The position numbers and the translations under genes are program-made. This document shows positions 12,412-23,489 of a stretch of DNA of 64,000 nucleotides, in pieces. The notes under the pieces were generated by a model. The model was not told where the DNA came from and did not search any database. It was given only the letters and a program-made list of their open reading frames with translations. The DNA is from Utricularia gibba (taxonomy: Eukaryota > Plantae > Magnoliophyta): contig NEEC01000014.1 of NCBI GenBank assembly GCA_002189035.1, positions 2,914,001-2,978,000 on the forward strand, read 5' to 3'. Every line of letters begins with the position of its first letter. The stretch's first letter is position 1.

Positions 12412-14109
12412 ATGAACACATTAGAAAAGTTGAGGCTTCGATTCAATATTCCTGCAGAATATCAATTGTGGGATAAGGAAGAGGATGAAGAGATCGTTGG
12501 TGATATTCCAGAACGTGTTGGTCATAGGGGTTTTGCTATCAGTACTGAGCACCTTATATGTGGCTTGCGTGTGCCAGTGGTACCATTTATGTTGCAAGTT
12601 TTTGACATGCCTTCAAATTCGATTTTCACATTTGACTCCTAAGTTAGTGGCATATATATTGGCATGGGTTTACATTGCTTGTGAGGAAAGCATTCCCCTA
12701 GAATTGCCTATTTTCTTTGCTGTGAGCATGTGTAGTAGAATAAAGGATTCACCAAATTATGTGATAAAGGGTAAGTCTACAATTAAATTAGTGAAAGGTC
12801 TACGAAGTGGCTATGATAGTTGGTGGACAAGTTTTGTATGGGTTTCTCCTCCTGAAGATTTACCAAATGATTTTCCACGCACACTTCCAAATTCTCATCT
12901 TATTGGAAAACCACAAGGTATTTTATGTGTTAAACAATTTTTTATACTATGTTCTTTTATGAGAATTGTTCTGATTTTATTGATCTAATTTACTTATGTT
13001 TACTATTAGGTGTTGAGATGTTACCAAGGGATGTTGTTGATGAATTCATTGATTTCTTTAAAGGACAGACTAGGTCATTGAATACAATCCTACCTCCCAT
13101 CTTTAGAATCCAAGGCACAACCATGTTTTGGTGTGAGAAAAAAAGGATTACAAAGAATGATGATGATGTGGATGATCAAAGTGGAAATGATGCTGATAAT
13201 TTACACGAAGATGTGGCGGTTGACAATGAAACAAATGATTTGGCAGCTGAAAATGAGGCATTGAAGCAACAACTAAAGTGGTATCAATCCAGATGGCCTT
13301 CTTTCTGTGAATCAAGTAGTCATATTCCAACGGTGCAGAAATTAGTAGTATTCGACGTCAATGGGCGTCCAGATAAGTGGATTTATGGGCAAGCATGTAT
13401 GGTATTTATTTAGTATTTCACACATTTGCAACATATAGTTAGTTGCTAATTTATTGACTTGACTTTATTGCATATGTTATATTTTCAGTGTTTCTAAGAC
13501 CAAATGCTAGGGAGTTTATGGAATGATGTATGCAACATTTTGATGTTGCACTATGGTCTTCACGTGGAGGGTAACATACAAAATATTATATTATCTTTTT
13601 TATATATGTTTTACATGTTATTCTTTTTATAATAGTGCACAACTAAACCAAGTCATTAATTGGATGTTTGACGAGAAGATGTCAAATTTGGCATTCATAT
13701 GGGATGGAACGAAATGCACCACCACAAACCTTCGAGTCCTCAAGAAGCCTTTCATGGCCGGTATACACATAGTAACACCTTGTTGGTAGATGATTCATCA
13801 TACAAGTTTACAACAAATCCGGTAATAATTTTAGTTAAAAATTTAATAAGTTAAATTTTATTTTTTTAGTTTAATTATACTCTACTGGTTCTCAAATAGG
13901 TTGACAATGCCATATTTCCATGCTCCTACAAGCACACGGATCATAAAAAAGATTCATCTTTTATGGAAGGGGGTGAGATGAAGACTTTTCTTGAAGGACT
14001 TATAGATGCATCTGATGTACCATCCTTTGTGCGTGATTTTCGTATTGGTCAAGCCCCAATGATTGAAGACCATCCAGACTGGGAGTATTACAAAGCATTA
14101 GTAGAATAA
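12412..14109 (+). pseudogene. MULE accessory gene: Transposase_28-like N-terminal domain + acidic/coiled-coil linker + FCP1/NIF-like (HAD) phosphatase domain
   Basis: Exons about 12412-12917, 13010-13396, 13489-13570, 13636-13821 and 13900-14109. Introns are GT-AG and the last three are phase-consistent. N-terminal LRLRFNIP...LICGLRVPVVPF...SHLTP...WWTSFVWVSPP; C-terminal KLVVFDVNG, LFLRPNAREFME*CMQHFDVALWSSR, AFIWDG, SNTLLVDDSSYK, NAIFP..Y, GGEMKTFLEGL..ASDVPSFV...IGQAPMIEDHPDWEYY. One TGA stop and about 2 frameshifts. Confidence 0.8.
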
Positions 14110-14149
14110 TTCTCATTTTCTATTTCATTATGCATATTAGGAGTACTTT

Positions 14150-14870
14150 TGCTTTATTATTATCTAGTAACTGTAACTGATGATTACGGTGATCGGCAGA
14201 AATAGGTAATCATCATTTTGCTTGGTAGAGTACTATAAGCATATTCTCTGAGAATTGTAATTGATGATTATGATTATCGGCAGAAATAGTTAATCATCGT
14301 TTTGCTTAATAAAGTATTATAAACATTTTCTCTAATAACTGTAATTGATGATTACGGTGATCCGTAGAAACAGGTTATCATTTCCTTATATTACTTTCAA
14401 TTCTGGTAACTGCAATTGGTAATTACGGTGACCGTAAAATTTAGAGATACAAACTATTACTCGAGTAATTCTTATTTTCTCTTTTATGCTTGTTCGGAAC
14501 ACTTTTGCTTAATAGACTACTATCACCATGTTTTCTAATCACTGTAATTGATGAATTATAGTGATCGACAGAAATAAACGATTATGATTTTTCTTATATT
14601 ACTTTTATTTGTGGTAACTATCATTGATGATTACAGTGATTGTTAGAAATAGGCAATTATTTTTTTTATATTAATTTTATTTCTAATAAGTGTAATTGAT
14701 GAATTGTAGTGATTGGAAGAAATATATAATTATCATTTTCTTTATATTAGTTTCCTTTCTAGTAACTGTAATTGATGAATTGTAGTGATCGACATAAATA
14801 TGTAATTGTTGTTTTCTTTATATATATATTTTTATTTCTGATAACTGTAATTAATGAATTACAGTGATCA
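14150..14870. repeat. Tandem array in right MULE TIR
   Basis: Units containing taactgtaattgatga; reverse complement of the 7290-7800 array. Confidence 0.85.
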
Positions 14871-15933
14871 ACATAAATAAAAAATATATGAAATGATATT
14901 TATGATTTTTTATTTCATTTATTATTTATAAAAGAATATATAATATAATTTGATTTTTCATTTTGTTTAAATTATTTATTTTTCTATTGTTTAATTGTAT
15001 ATATTTTTGAATATATAATAATTAAATAAAATATACATTATGAAAAATTTAATTTGATTTTTTTTTATTTATTATAATTTTTGAATTCTAAAAAAGATAT
15101 TTTAATAATATTTATTACAATATTTGCAAAACGAATGCAATATATTTTTATTTTTTTGTAAAAAAGATAATAGTATTAAAATATGTTGTCAAAAGGAAAT
15201 TCAAAAATGGAAAAAAAAATATGTAGGATGGGTGGTTTTGACACGCAGTATAGATGAGATGCACACAATAGGTGGTTTTGAAACTGAGTTTTTTTGCAGT
15301 TGGTGGATTTGGTAAAAACTCCGAACCAAGACACACAAAGGTAAGCTTTAATTCATGGGTTTTACATGTAAAATAATTAAAATTTATCCATGGTGCAATT
15401 TTGAGAATTAGAAAAAAGATAAATTTCTTCTTTATTTAATCACCATTCTCGCAAACCATTTACAAACCCAACTCATAGATCCCTTGGCACATAGTGTATC
15501 GCGCATCGTATCCCAAACCTACGTACTGCGTGTGCGTGGGTATGCGCACCTTGAGTTGCAGTTGGTTACCTCTCCCCTTGTTTTTTTGTTGAGATTTGGA
15601 TTTGGGATGGCACGGCACGTGGTCCACACGAACCGTGCCTTTTTCCAGCTTTTGATAAGCTTTTGCATTTTGGTCAGCTGCATTTATGCCTCTTGTTTCT
15701 TACCGGAATTTCTCTGTTACTGAAGCTTTTCAACCGCCCTCCTTTAATGTCCGCCTCCTTCATCCGCCGGTAATAAATTTAAAATTGAAAACCTCAACGC
15801 CTTACTGCTTTGACTTCTTCGCCTCACACCTTTTCCCATTTCCGTCTATAAATAGGCATAGTCTTTTGCAGATTTGTTTTCCATATAACCCACCCATCTG
15901 TGCTGTTAAAATACCTGAACGACAGGTACAAAT

Positions 15934-18108
15934 ATGATCAGGTTGGTCACCGGAATCCAGGGCCGAGCGGCTTCGGATCGGCTTCCCACGCGGAGGAGGT
16001 TACTCAGGGGATTGATGCTTCTCATCTAACCGCGATAATCACAGGTTCGACATTTTCGCTCTCTCATTTTAGTTATCCGTAACTTCGTTGGCTAGTGGAG
16101 TTTCTTCCATCACATTTGAATTCTTTCTTTGCGCATACACCTGGTTTTTCTTGAGTTTGTGACGGCGCTGGGCGAAGGACGTGTACCGTTCTGTACGCCG
16201 TCTCTCGTCCTCACCACCATCACAAAAAAATAAAAAACAGTAAACTCGAAAGAGCAACCCCAAAAAACCTGTTCCTGTTTTGTTTTCTTACCTCCCTCTT
16301 CTTCATGTCGTTTTCCTCTCCGGTCCCCCTACCCGTCCGTTTCGTCGCATGGGTGGCCATTACTACACCAACTTGTCGCTGGCTTTCCATAGAGCAGAGT
16401 AGGGTGTCCTCATTGCGAATCTTAGAACAAGAACAAACACACACACGCGCACTCATCTGTGAAATACAATTAGGTCAACCAGACTGCGTTAGAAGCGTCA
16501 CGCCATGTGAGCAGTCACAAAAGTGGGACATTTTTTCATTTTTTTTGTTTTTTTTTTTTTTTTTGTTGTGGGTGGGTGGTTGGAATTGAGAAAAATGGAC
16601 TCCCACCATGTGAGTTCACCGATGAGGAGAGCGAGTGAATAGGCCTTCAACTTAAATTCATTAATTTGCCACAGTCCCAAGCACCAGAACATTCATTAAG
16701 TATTTGGTCAACTAGGGACAAGCCAAGATGGTCACCCACCTCCATTATTGGACACGTAGCTTAATTCCTCCCCATCGTCAACTTCTTAGGGGTTTCAGTT
16801 TTTTACTGGATCATAATTTCCTCATAACGCGCTAGTCATTTTCTTTTAGGAGGTGCAAGTGGGATCGGGTTGGAGACAGCAAGAGTTCTGGCGCTGAGAA
16901 ATGCGCATGTTGTTATCGGGGCAAGGAACATTGAGGCTGCAAATGAAGCCAAGGAAAGGATCCTGAGTGAGAACCCCAGTGCTCGTGTCGATGTGCTGAA
17001 ACTGGACTTGAATTCACTGGACTCCGTTAAATCCTTCGCCGACAGCTTCATTGCTCTCGGTCTCCCTCTCAACATCCTGATGTGAGTGGGTTCGATCCTT
17101 CTGTATGTTATTCCAGAGGAACCAAGTAACCAATTGAACTGTGTCGGTTTTGTGTTTCAGAAACAATGCAGGGATCATGTTCTGCCCGTTTCAGCTCTCC
17201 GAAGATGGGATCGAAACTCAGTTCTCCACTAATCACCTAGGTAGAAAAAAGAAAAATATCCATCTTTTTCACTGGATCAGAATTGTCTCCCGTGAAGATT
17301 AGCATTCTTCCTGTGTGGGGGAGTTGTGATTTTGCAGGGCATTTCTACTTGACCAACCTTCTCATCGGTACGATGAAGGAAACGGCGAAGAGCTTCGGCG
17401 TGGAGGGTAGAATAGTAAATTTATCATCTGTAGCCCACATCTACACCTACCCTGGGGGGATCAATTTCGAGTTGATCAACGATGAAACCAGGTAGTTTCT
17501 CGGATTTACCCTTTTTCGGGACCGAAATTCCTCTTACAAGGACGCCGGTTCATGTTCAGGTACAACGAGAAAAAGGCGTACGGCCAGTCCAAATTAGCAA
17601 ACATCCTCCATACAAACGAGCTCTCCCGCAGATTCAAGGAAGAGGGTGTGAATATCACTGCTAACTCGGTGCACCCTGGGCTTATAATGACGAATCTGTT
17701 CAAGTACAAGGGCTGGCTGAGTAAGTTTCCAAATCCAACACAAGCAAAGCATTCCCTTTTTCTTGCTGTTGAAGTCTTAAGTCATAAAGGACTTTTCACT
17801 GCAGAAATCGTCAAGCTATTCAGCTTCTTCCTGTGGAAAAATGTACCTCAGGTAAATAAATACTTCCTTCTTTCAGATTGTGTTATCAGATTAAGTCATT
17901 CTATTTTTGGGAATGTCAGGGAGCTGCGACGACGTGCTACGTGGCGCTTCATCCTCAGTTGAAAGGGGTATCTGGAAAGTATTTTGCAGACTGCAACATG
18001 GCAAAGACGAGCTGGTTCGCAAGGGACCAAGTTCTGGGCAAGAAATTGTGGGATTTCAGCAACAAGCTCATCAACGCAGCTGAATCCACTTCTAAATCTC
18101 TTTTTTAG
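15934..18108 (+). CDS. Short-chain dehydrogenase/reductase, TIC32-like (7 exons; apparent 1-nt frameshift in exon 1)
   Basis: Exons 15934-16044, 16850-17081, 17161-17240, 17338-17491, 17560-17720, 17805-17851 and 17920-18108, all GT-AG. Motifs [27 protein letters not shown] (cofactor binding), INNAG, NLSS, YGQSK (YxxxK), SVHPG and [12 protein letters not shown]. Confidence 0.93.
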
Positions 18109-18419
18109 GTTCCTTATCGAAACTACGAATTCTTTTAACCTCCTCCCGGAGCTTGTGCCATTAAATTAAATCCATTCCCCACGTGTTAAAGTTTGAAGTC
18201 AAAACCCATGAGACTTGCAGTTGAGGAAACCAGCATAGATATTGTCTGCCACATAAAGATAGTCGTTGGAACAAAAGATGAGTAAGAAAAAATAACAACT
18301 ATGAACCATCTTTACTCTAGGTGGGCCCTCAACATCGTATTTAACACATTTTCTTCACCTAAAACCACACACATACAAAACTCTTATACTTGCCGTCGTT
18401 GCAAATTCGCCATGTGTTT

Positions 18420-19480
18420 TGAGTTCAACCATGAGTGCCATTGAATTATACATTTCTTGAAGATGCCATTGAACCTTCATAAGCCAAGGGTGTGGGAAAT
18501 TGATTGCAACCCACGAATTGCGTTTTTCCAATTGGCCAATTGTTAGTGCTATTTAAACTCATCAAAGACGATACAAACGTTTGACAGGTTGAGACTCTAA
18601 TTTATAATTCCCAAGATCTTATTCCTAAGGGACAAAGAGGCCATTGAGACCATCGATGGTGAGTTGCTACATTGAAACCTTTTCGTTGTGGTCTGAAATT
18701 GTTGTTGCCATCTTTTTTGGTTGAGTTACTGAATTGCTTGGATGTTCTGTTGTCTCAACTATTATCCAAATTGATTGCATATGTTCTAAAATTAATCTAT
18801 GTGTGTTTTGAAAAACATCTAGTACCTGCCATTCTAATATTTATAGCAGTTAATATATGTATGAAGAATTGGAAAACCAACTATTTCTCTCTAAAAGTAA
18901 AACAGGGTATAACATTGGTAAAAGAGATGTGAGGTAGATATGAAGACAAGTAGATCAACTTTGTGTGGGTGTCCCCTTAGGAGGATCTAGATTTTCTCAC
19001 TAAACTTGAGTCTTCATTGATTGTCGTAAAGGCAAAGAGTATGCTATTATCATCTTTATTTTGCACCACCCATTAAAATCTAATATACTTAATTTGATAC
19101 ATTTAGTGTAAGGTTTGAGAGTTTGCTCAAAGATGGAGTAAAACTTTTTTGTAATGAGAGTAGGTATTTGAGTGATATACTGCCATAATTTGTAAATGCT
19201 ATAGGGAAGTGACATTTCTAGTGTGGTCAAACTAAGGTGTCCCACAGATGCCGAAAAATACAAGCTGAGTTATTGAGCACGATGTTATAGAGGAATTCCT
19301 TAACAACACTTAAGTTCATTAAGAGACCCACAACATATGCATTAGTCATCTTATAGATAAGAATAGGACACTTCCTGTTAAATTCAAATGGTAGAAGAGT
19401 ATTTTGGCCTATAGTGGCACCTCAATGTTTGTTGTGAAACCACCTTACATGTTGATTGTATTTCATGTTCATGATGTGTA
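18420..19480. mobile_element. Highly degenerate Copia-like pol remnant
   Basis: Faint RT-like traces on + (LIPKG..ETF) and a KHIEVHY-like RNase H trace on - near 19420. The orientations are inconsistent, so the assignment is tentative. Confidence 0.3.
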
Positions 19481-20039
19481 GACCTCAGCATGGGTATGGG
19501 TCAACCCGGGTTAGCCAAGAGTTGACCTGTATAGAATGGATATGAACTACTCATACTTGTTAGTCAATATGGTGATTTTCGATTCAGTAAGTTACCCCAG
19601 TAACTCATAAAAAAATGAATGATTTATAGCTCAAATTGTTCCCAGTCCAATGATTGCACCAAGTCCAACGATTGTTTCTTAGTTACTAACATCACTTTTT
19701 TTTATTCAACATATATCTTCAAAGTTGACTCTTTGTACACTCACATTCTTCTTTCTTGAGAAATCTTGAAATTTAGCATTCTTCCATCCTTCATATTCCA
19801 TTCGATGTTCGAACGATTTTCTTCTCAAATCCATATTTAGTTCTCTTGCGGCAACACATTTCTCATATCTTAAATCTGTTTATTTCCCCTTTTTTCGAAA
19901 CTCTAGTTGAGAATCAAAGAGTTGTTCATATTTTATATTTTAAACTTTGATTTCACCTTTTCTCTTTGATTTAATGGCAAAGATTCATTGAATCAGTCGA
20001 TTGCGTCACTTTTATTGAAGTAGATGAATTTGAAATTCA

Positions 20040-22060
20040 TGGAGAAAGTCGGAAAGGTTCTACATCAGCCAAAAGAAACGGTAGCGGTGTGTAGCATGAG
20101 CATTTCGAGCATGATATGGTAAAAAAGGGTCATTTGTAAATATTGTCGTAAGGGTTATGAGCATAGTAAAGGTAGTTCACAATCTTAAGCAGTGTTCCGG
20201 AATATTTCTGGATACTATTTCTACTTTTGAAAAGTAGAAAATAATTTTTGCACGGAACACAATTAATTTCTACTTTTAATTATAGTAGAAATATTTCTAA
20301 AATCAAGTTATACGAACAGTAAAAATTAAAAGTAACAACATTCCTACTTCTATAAATTATTTCTATTTCTACTTTATATTTTTTGGGAAGTAGAAATAGT
20401 CCGGAGAAATATTCCGGAACACTACTTTAGACAAAATACTTTGAATGTTTTATGTGGTAATCATTGTCCTTCTATAAAGTTTTCTTTTGATTTGCATAAA
20501 ACTAAAATTGATTATATACTTACTTTAATTGCTAGTAAACATCCTTTTGTGAAGCAGAAAATCCAATCATGTAACATTTTTTTAAAACATGCATGTAGCC
20601 ATAGTATTTACCGTTTTCAAGAAGAAAAGCCATTTGAATTGCATTTCAATAATGTGAGGAAAAAAGAGCTTGTTTTATTTCTTTATTTCAGTCTTTAAAA
20701 TATAAATTTGGATTAACATCGATTTGTTGGAGTGGTGGGAATGGGGAGAATTATATGGTAGTTACGGCTAATTGGATTGATGATAAGTGGCTTATGCAAA
20801 AAAGAATTTTGACATTTAGAAAAATTGATATTCCTCATTCAGTTAGAATTGTTGAGTTAATTACAAATATTTACATAGAATATTGTATTTTTTATCGTAT
20901 TTTTTCAATAACTCTTGATAATGCTTCTAATAATTCTTCTACAATTTCGGCCATGGAAATGTCAATCAATCCCATTCTAAAAGGTTCTTTTTTCCATTCT
21001 CTTTGTGCTTTCCTTATATTGAATTTATGTGTTCAAGATGCTTTTACGGTAGATGATTTTAGTCATGTTCTTGGGACCTTTTGAAAGTTTGTTAAGCTAA
21101 TGAAAAAATGTAATCCTAAGAAAGCTATGTTTAAGCGAGTTTGTAAAGCTTGAAGTATTTCATATAAGACTTTAAAGTATAATTGCTCAACTATGTGGAA
21201 TTCTATACTTTGTATGATTAATTCTATGTTACCTCATACATATATTATTCCATCTTTTATATCGATGCATGTTGATCTTATGATTGAGTTAGATTCTATG
21301 ATTTTTACTAAACTTCAATGTTTATGTCATTTGTTATTTACCTTTGAAAATTACATATTTGCTTATGGATCATACTTACTACCACTCATTTAGTGTTTTC
21401 TGCTTTAATTAGTATTTATAGAGCTTTTAAAAAATACCTTAATATAAAATTTCTCAGAAAAGTTGTTAGTATTATGGTTGAAAAAATTGCAAAATATTTT
21501 CAAAATATTCTTATTTTATTTCTTATGTCTAGAATTCTTCATCCGAGGGTGAAGGCTTCCAATTTGCAAGTAGGTTTAAAAATTTATTGTGATTATCTTA
21601 TTTTTCTTAGAATATCAAATATTGAGTCTATTGCTTTGGTTATGTATGATTTAGCTATAAATGCTTTGAATCATTTACGTGATTTATTTGAGATTGAGTC
21701 TGGTAGCTCAAGCACTAGAGTAGAGATGAATGCCTGTACTTCGAGTGGGTCGAAGGACTTCTATGCCATGGTGTTTTTTTCTTCATGCACTGTTTCCAAA
21801 GGTAGTGAAGTTTCATTATATAATGCAATCCACCAGGAAAAGCCTAAAGGAGATGAATTCGATATATTAGGATGGTAGAAGAGTCAAATGTCTGCTTATC
21901 TTAGATCAGCTACATAGCTATAGTAGCATAAGCTATTTTTACACCACCAGGTTCCATTGTTGCCAATGAGAGTGCCTTCAGTTTAGGTGGCGACATCCTA
22001 ACTCTCCATTGTGAGCGCTTGGCCGATACCATCATGTAGTGTGGGCTCTTATCGGGAGTT
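20040..22060 (+). pseudogene. hAT-family transposase (BED finger + catalytic core + dimerization domain), decayed
   Basis: BED-like HF...ICKYC near 20100-20160; VTANWIDDKWLMQKRILTF; FSITLDNASNN; FFHSLCAFLILNLCVQD; TMWNS; FDILGW; ANESAFSLGG. Many stops. Confidence 0.88.
20188..20426. mobile_element. Tourist-like (PIF/Harbinger) MITE, 239 bp
   Basis: TIRs agcagtgttccggaatatttct / agaaatattccggaacactact with TTA TSD (20185-20187 and 20427-20429). Inserted at the end of the hAT BED-finger region. Confidence 0.88.
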
Positions 22061-22087
22061 GGTGTTACTCTTCATTACCTGATATGC

Positions 22088-23439
22088 AGATGCGTGTCGT
22101 TTCTATAACAAATTTTAATATTCTTAAAACTCGTAAAACATAAAAGCGTAGTATGGGTATCAAACACAAGGAGTTGTTTTTTGAGTGAAAGGTGAGGTAC
22201 ACCGAATACAACTGTCACGATTTGTAAACGGTTTTCGAGGTAAAAGATGCGAAAAACGTAGATGATGAAGCTTGATTAAGGGGATAAGACAGTTTTAAAC
22301 AAACAATAAAAATAAACGTAAGTGATGAACCTTAAATAAAATGAATGTTCCTAGGTTTGGAATCCTGTCCAGCTATGTTCATTGTATCTTCACTCTTCTC
22401 TGATCTTCTTGAGTACTCGGTTATAGGAGTAAGAAATTGTCTATCCTCTCTTACACTCTCTTGCAAGAAGGCACGAGAATAGCCCGATGTTGCTCCTCGT
22501 TGGACAAACGTTAGAATAAGAGGTCTTGTTAGCGTACCCTCACGATTGAATTGCGCGCGTGTGCCCAAGTATTGCCAATGATCCAATGAGTCCAGATACG
22601 ATGTCACTACTTGTCCATTGATCCTAAGATATGCCCACAGACAAAACGTTGTATTCCTCCAGCCAAAAGGGCATGAGTTGGTGCTCTCCACCTGACTCCT
22701 CTTCAAAACTCGCGGGTAGTGATCAGTTAACCATGAATCTGGAATAAGGAGACTATTACAGAAAGACTATAACATAGTCACGTGAAAACATACGAAACTT
22801 GTTCAAATTCAAAGAAGAGATGAAGATAAACTAACGAAATATAGATCTGGGGGTGTCCCAACTCAGAAACAAAAGTTTCTAGCCACGATGGTTATACAAA
22901 TTAAAGAAAATGAAGGCAAGGTTCTAGAGAGAAGCTATAGGAAAATCCTCTAGAGAGAGAAACAAAAGTCTAAACTAAACTAACTACAGCTTTTCCAACG
23001 TTTGAATAGAACTAAACTTCAATGAGAGTCTGAGCTTTCGTGTCCCTGTGGTTCTGCTAAACTTGGGGGGACTTGCAAGCAAACGTTTGCTCTGACACTG
23101 ATACGCTAATGATGTCGCCTGTTAGAGACTCCTGTGTTCCGCACGTCAAGGCTCATGATTATGCGTGTGCAGTCTTTCGGAAATTTAGGGAGTGTCAGCT
23201 CGGGAAAATCTATTTTGTCGCCATCTGCTGCTCTCTTTATCTCACTTCCTACCACGTGTACGCCTCTAGAAAAACTCAATTAAAACTAGCAAAATTATTA
23301 AATAAAATACAAGATTTAGGATAATTATCCTAAACTAGATAAAAACCTAAATCTCATATTATAGACTCCCAATTAGACATTTCTAATTACAATTAAGCAT
23401 AAAAAAACCTAAGAAATAGTGAGAAAATGACACTTAACA
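22088..23439 (-). mobile_element. Athila-like LTR copy A (~1.35 kb)
   Basis: Reverse complement of 28544-29890 along its length. Ends cttaaca; TG start mutated. Flanks are different elements (hAT left, Tat gag right); TSD degenerate or absent (tatgc/tacgt). Confidence 0.8.
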
Positions 23440-23489
23440 TACGTTGTCAACATCGAAACACCACCTTCAAAAGCAGCACAGTACTCTAT

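Larger units (their letters stand above)
6568..15322. mobile_element. Two-gene Mutator-like element (MULE) with long TIRs
   Basis: Left end (caggtcattttcaaaacctcccactgcaaaaaaactt..ccaaaaccaccc) matches the reverse complement of the right end (..ggtggttttgaaactgagttttttgcagttggtggatttggtaaaaactcc). The inverted match continues through AT-rich DNA and tandem arrays (7290-7800 vs 14150-14870). MuDR transposase inside. 9-bp TSD only weakly recognisable (ggaccagtc vs gaaccaaga). Confidence 0.85.

Noticed and set aside
22332-22706. ORF here and its near-identical counterpart at 29203-29646
   Set aside because: Both lie within two copies of the same LTR. The similarity reflects DNA homology, and no protein motif was recognised.
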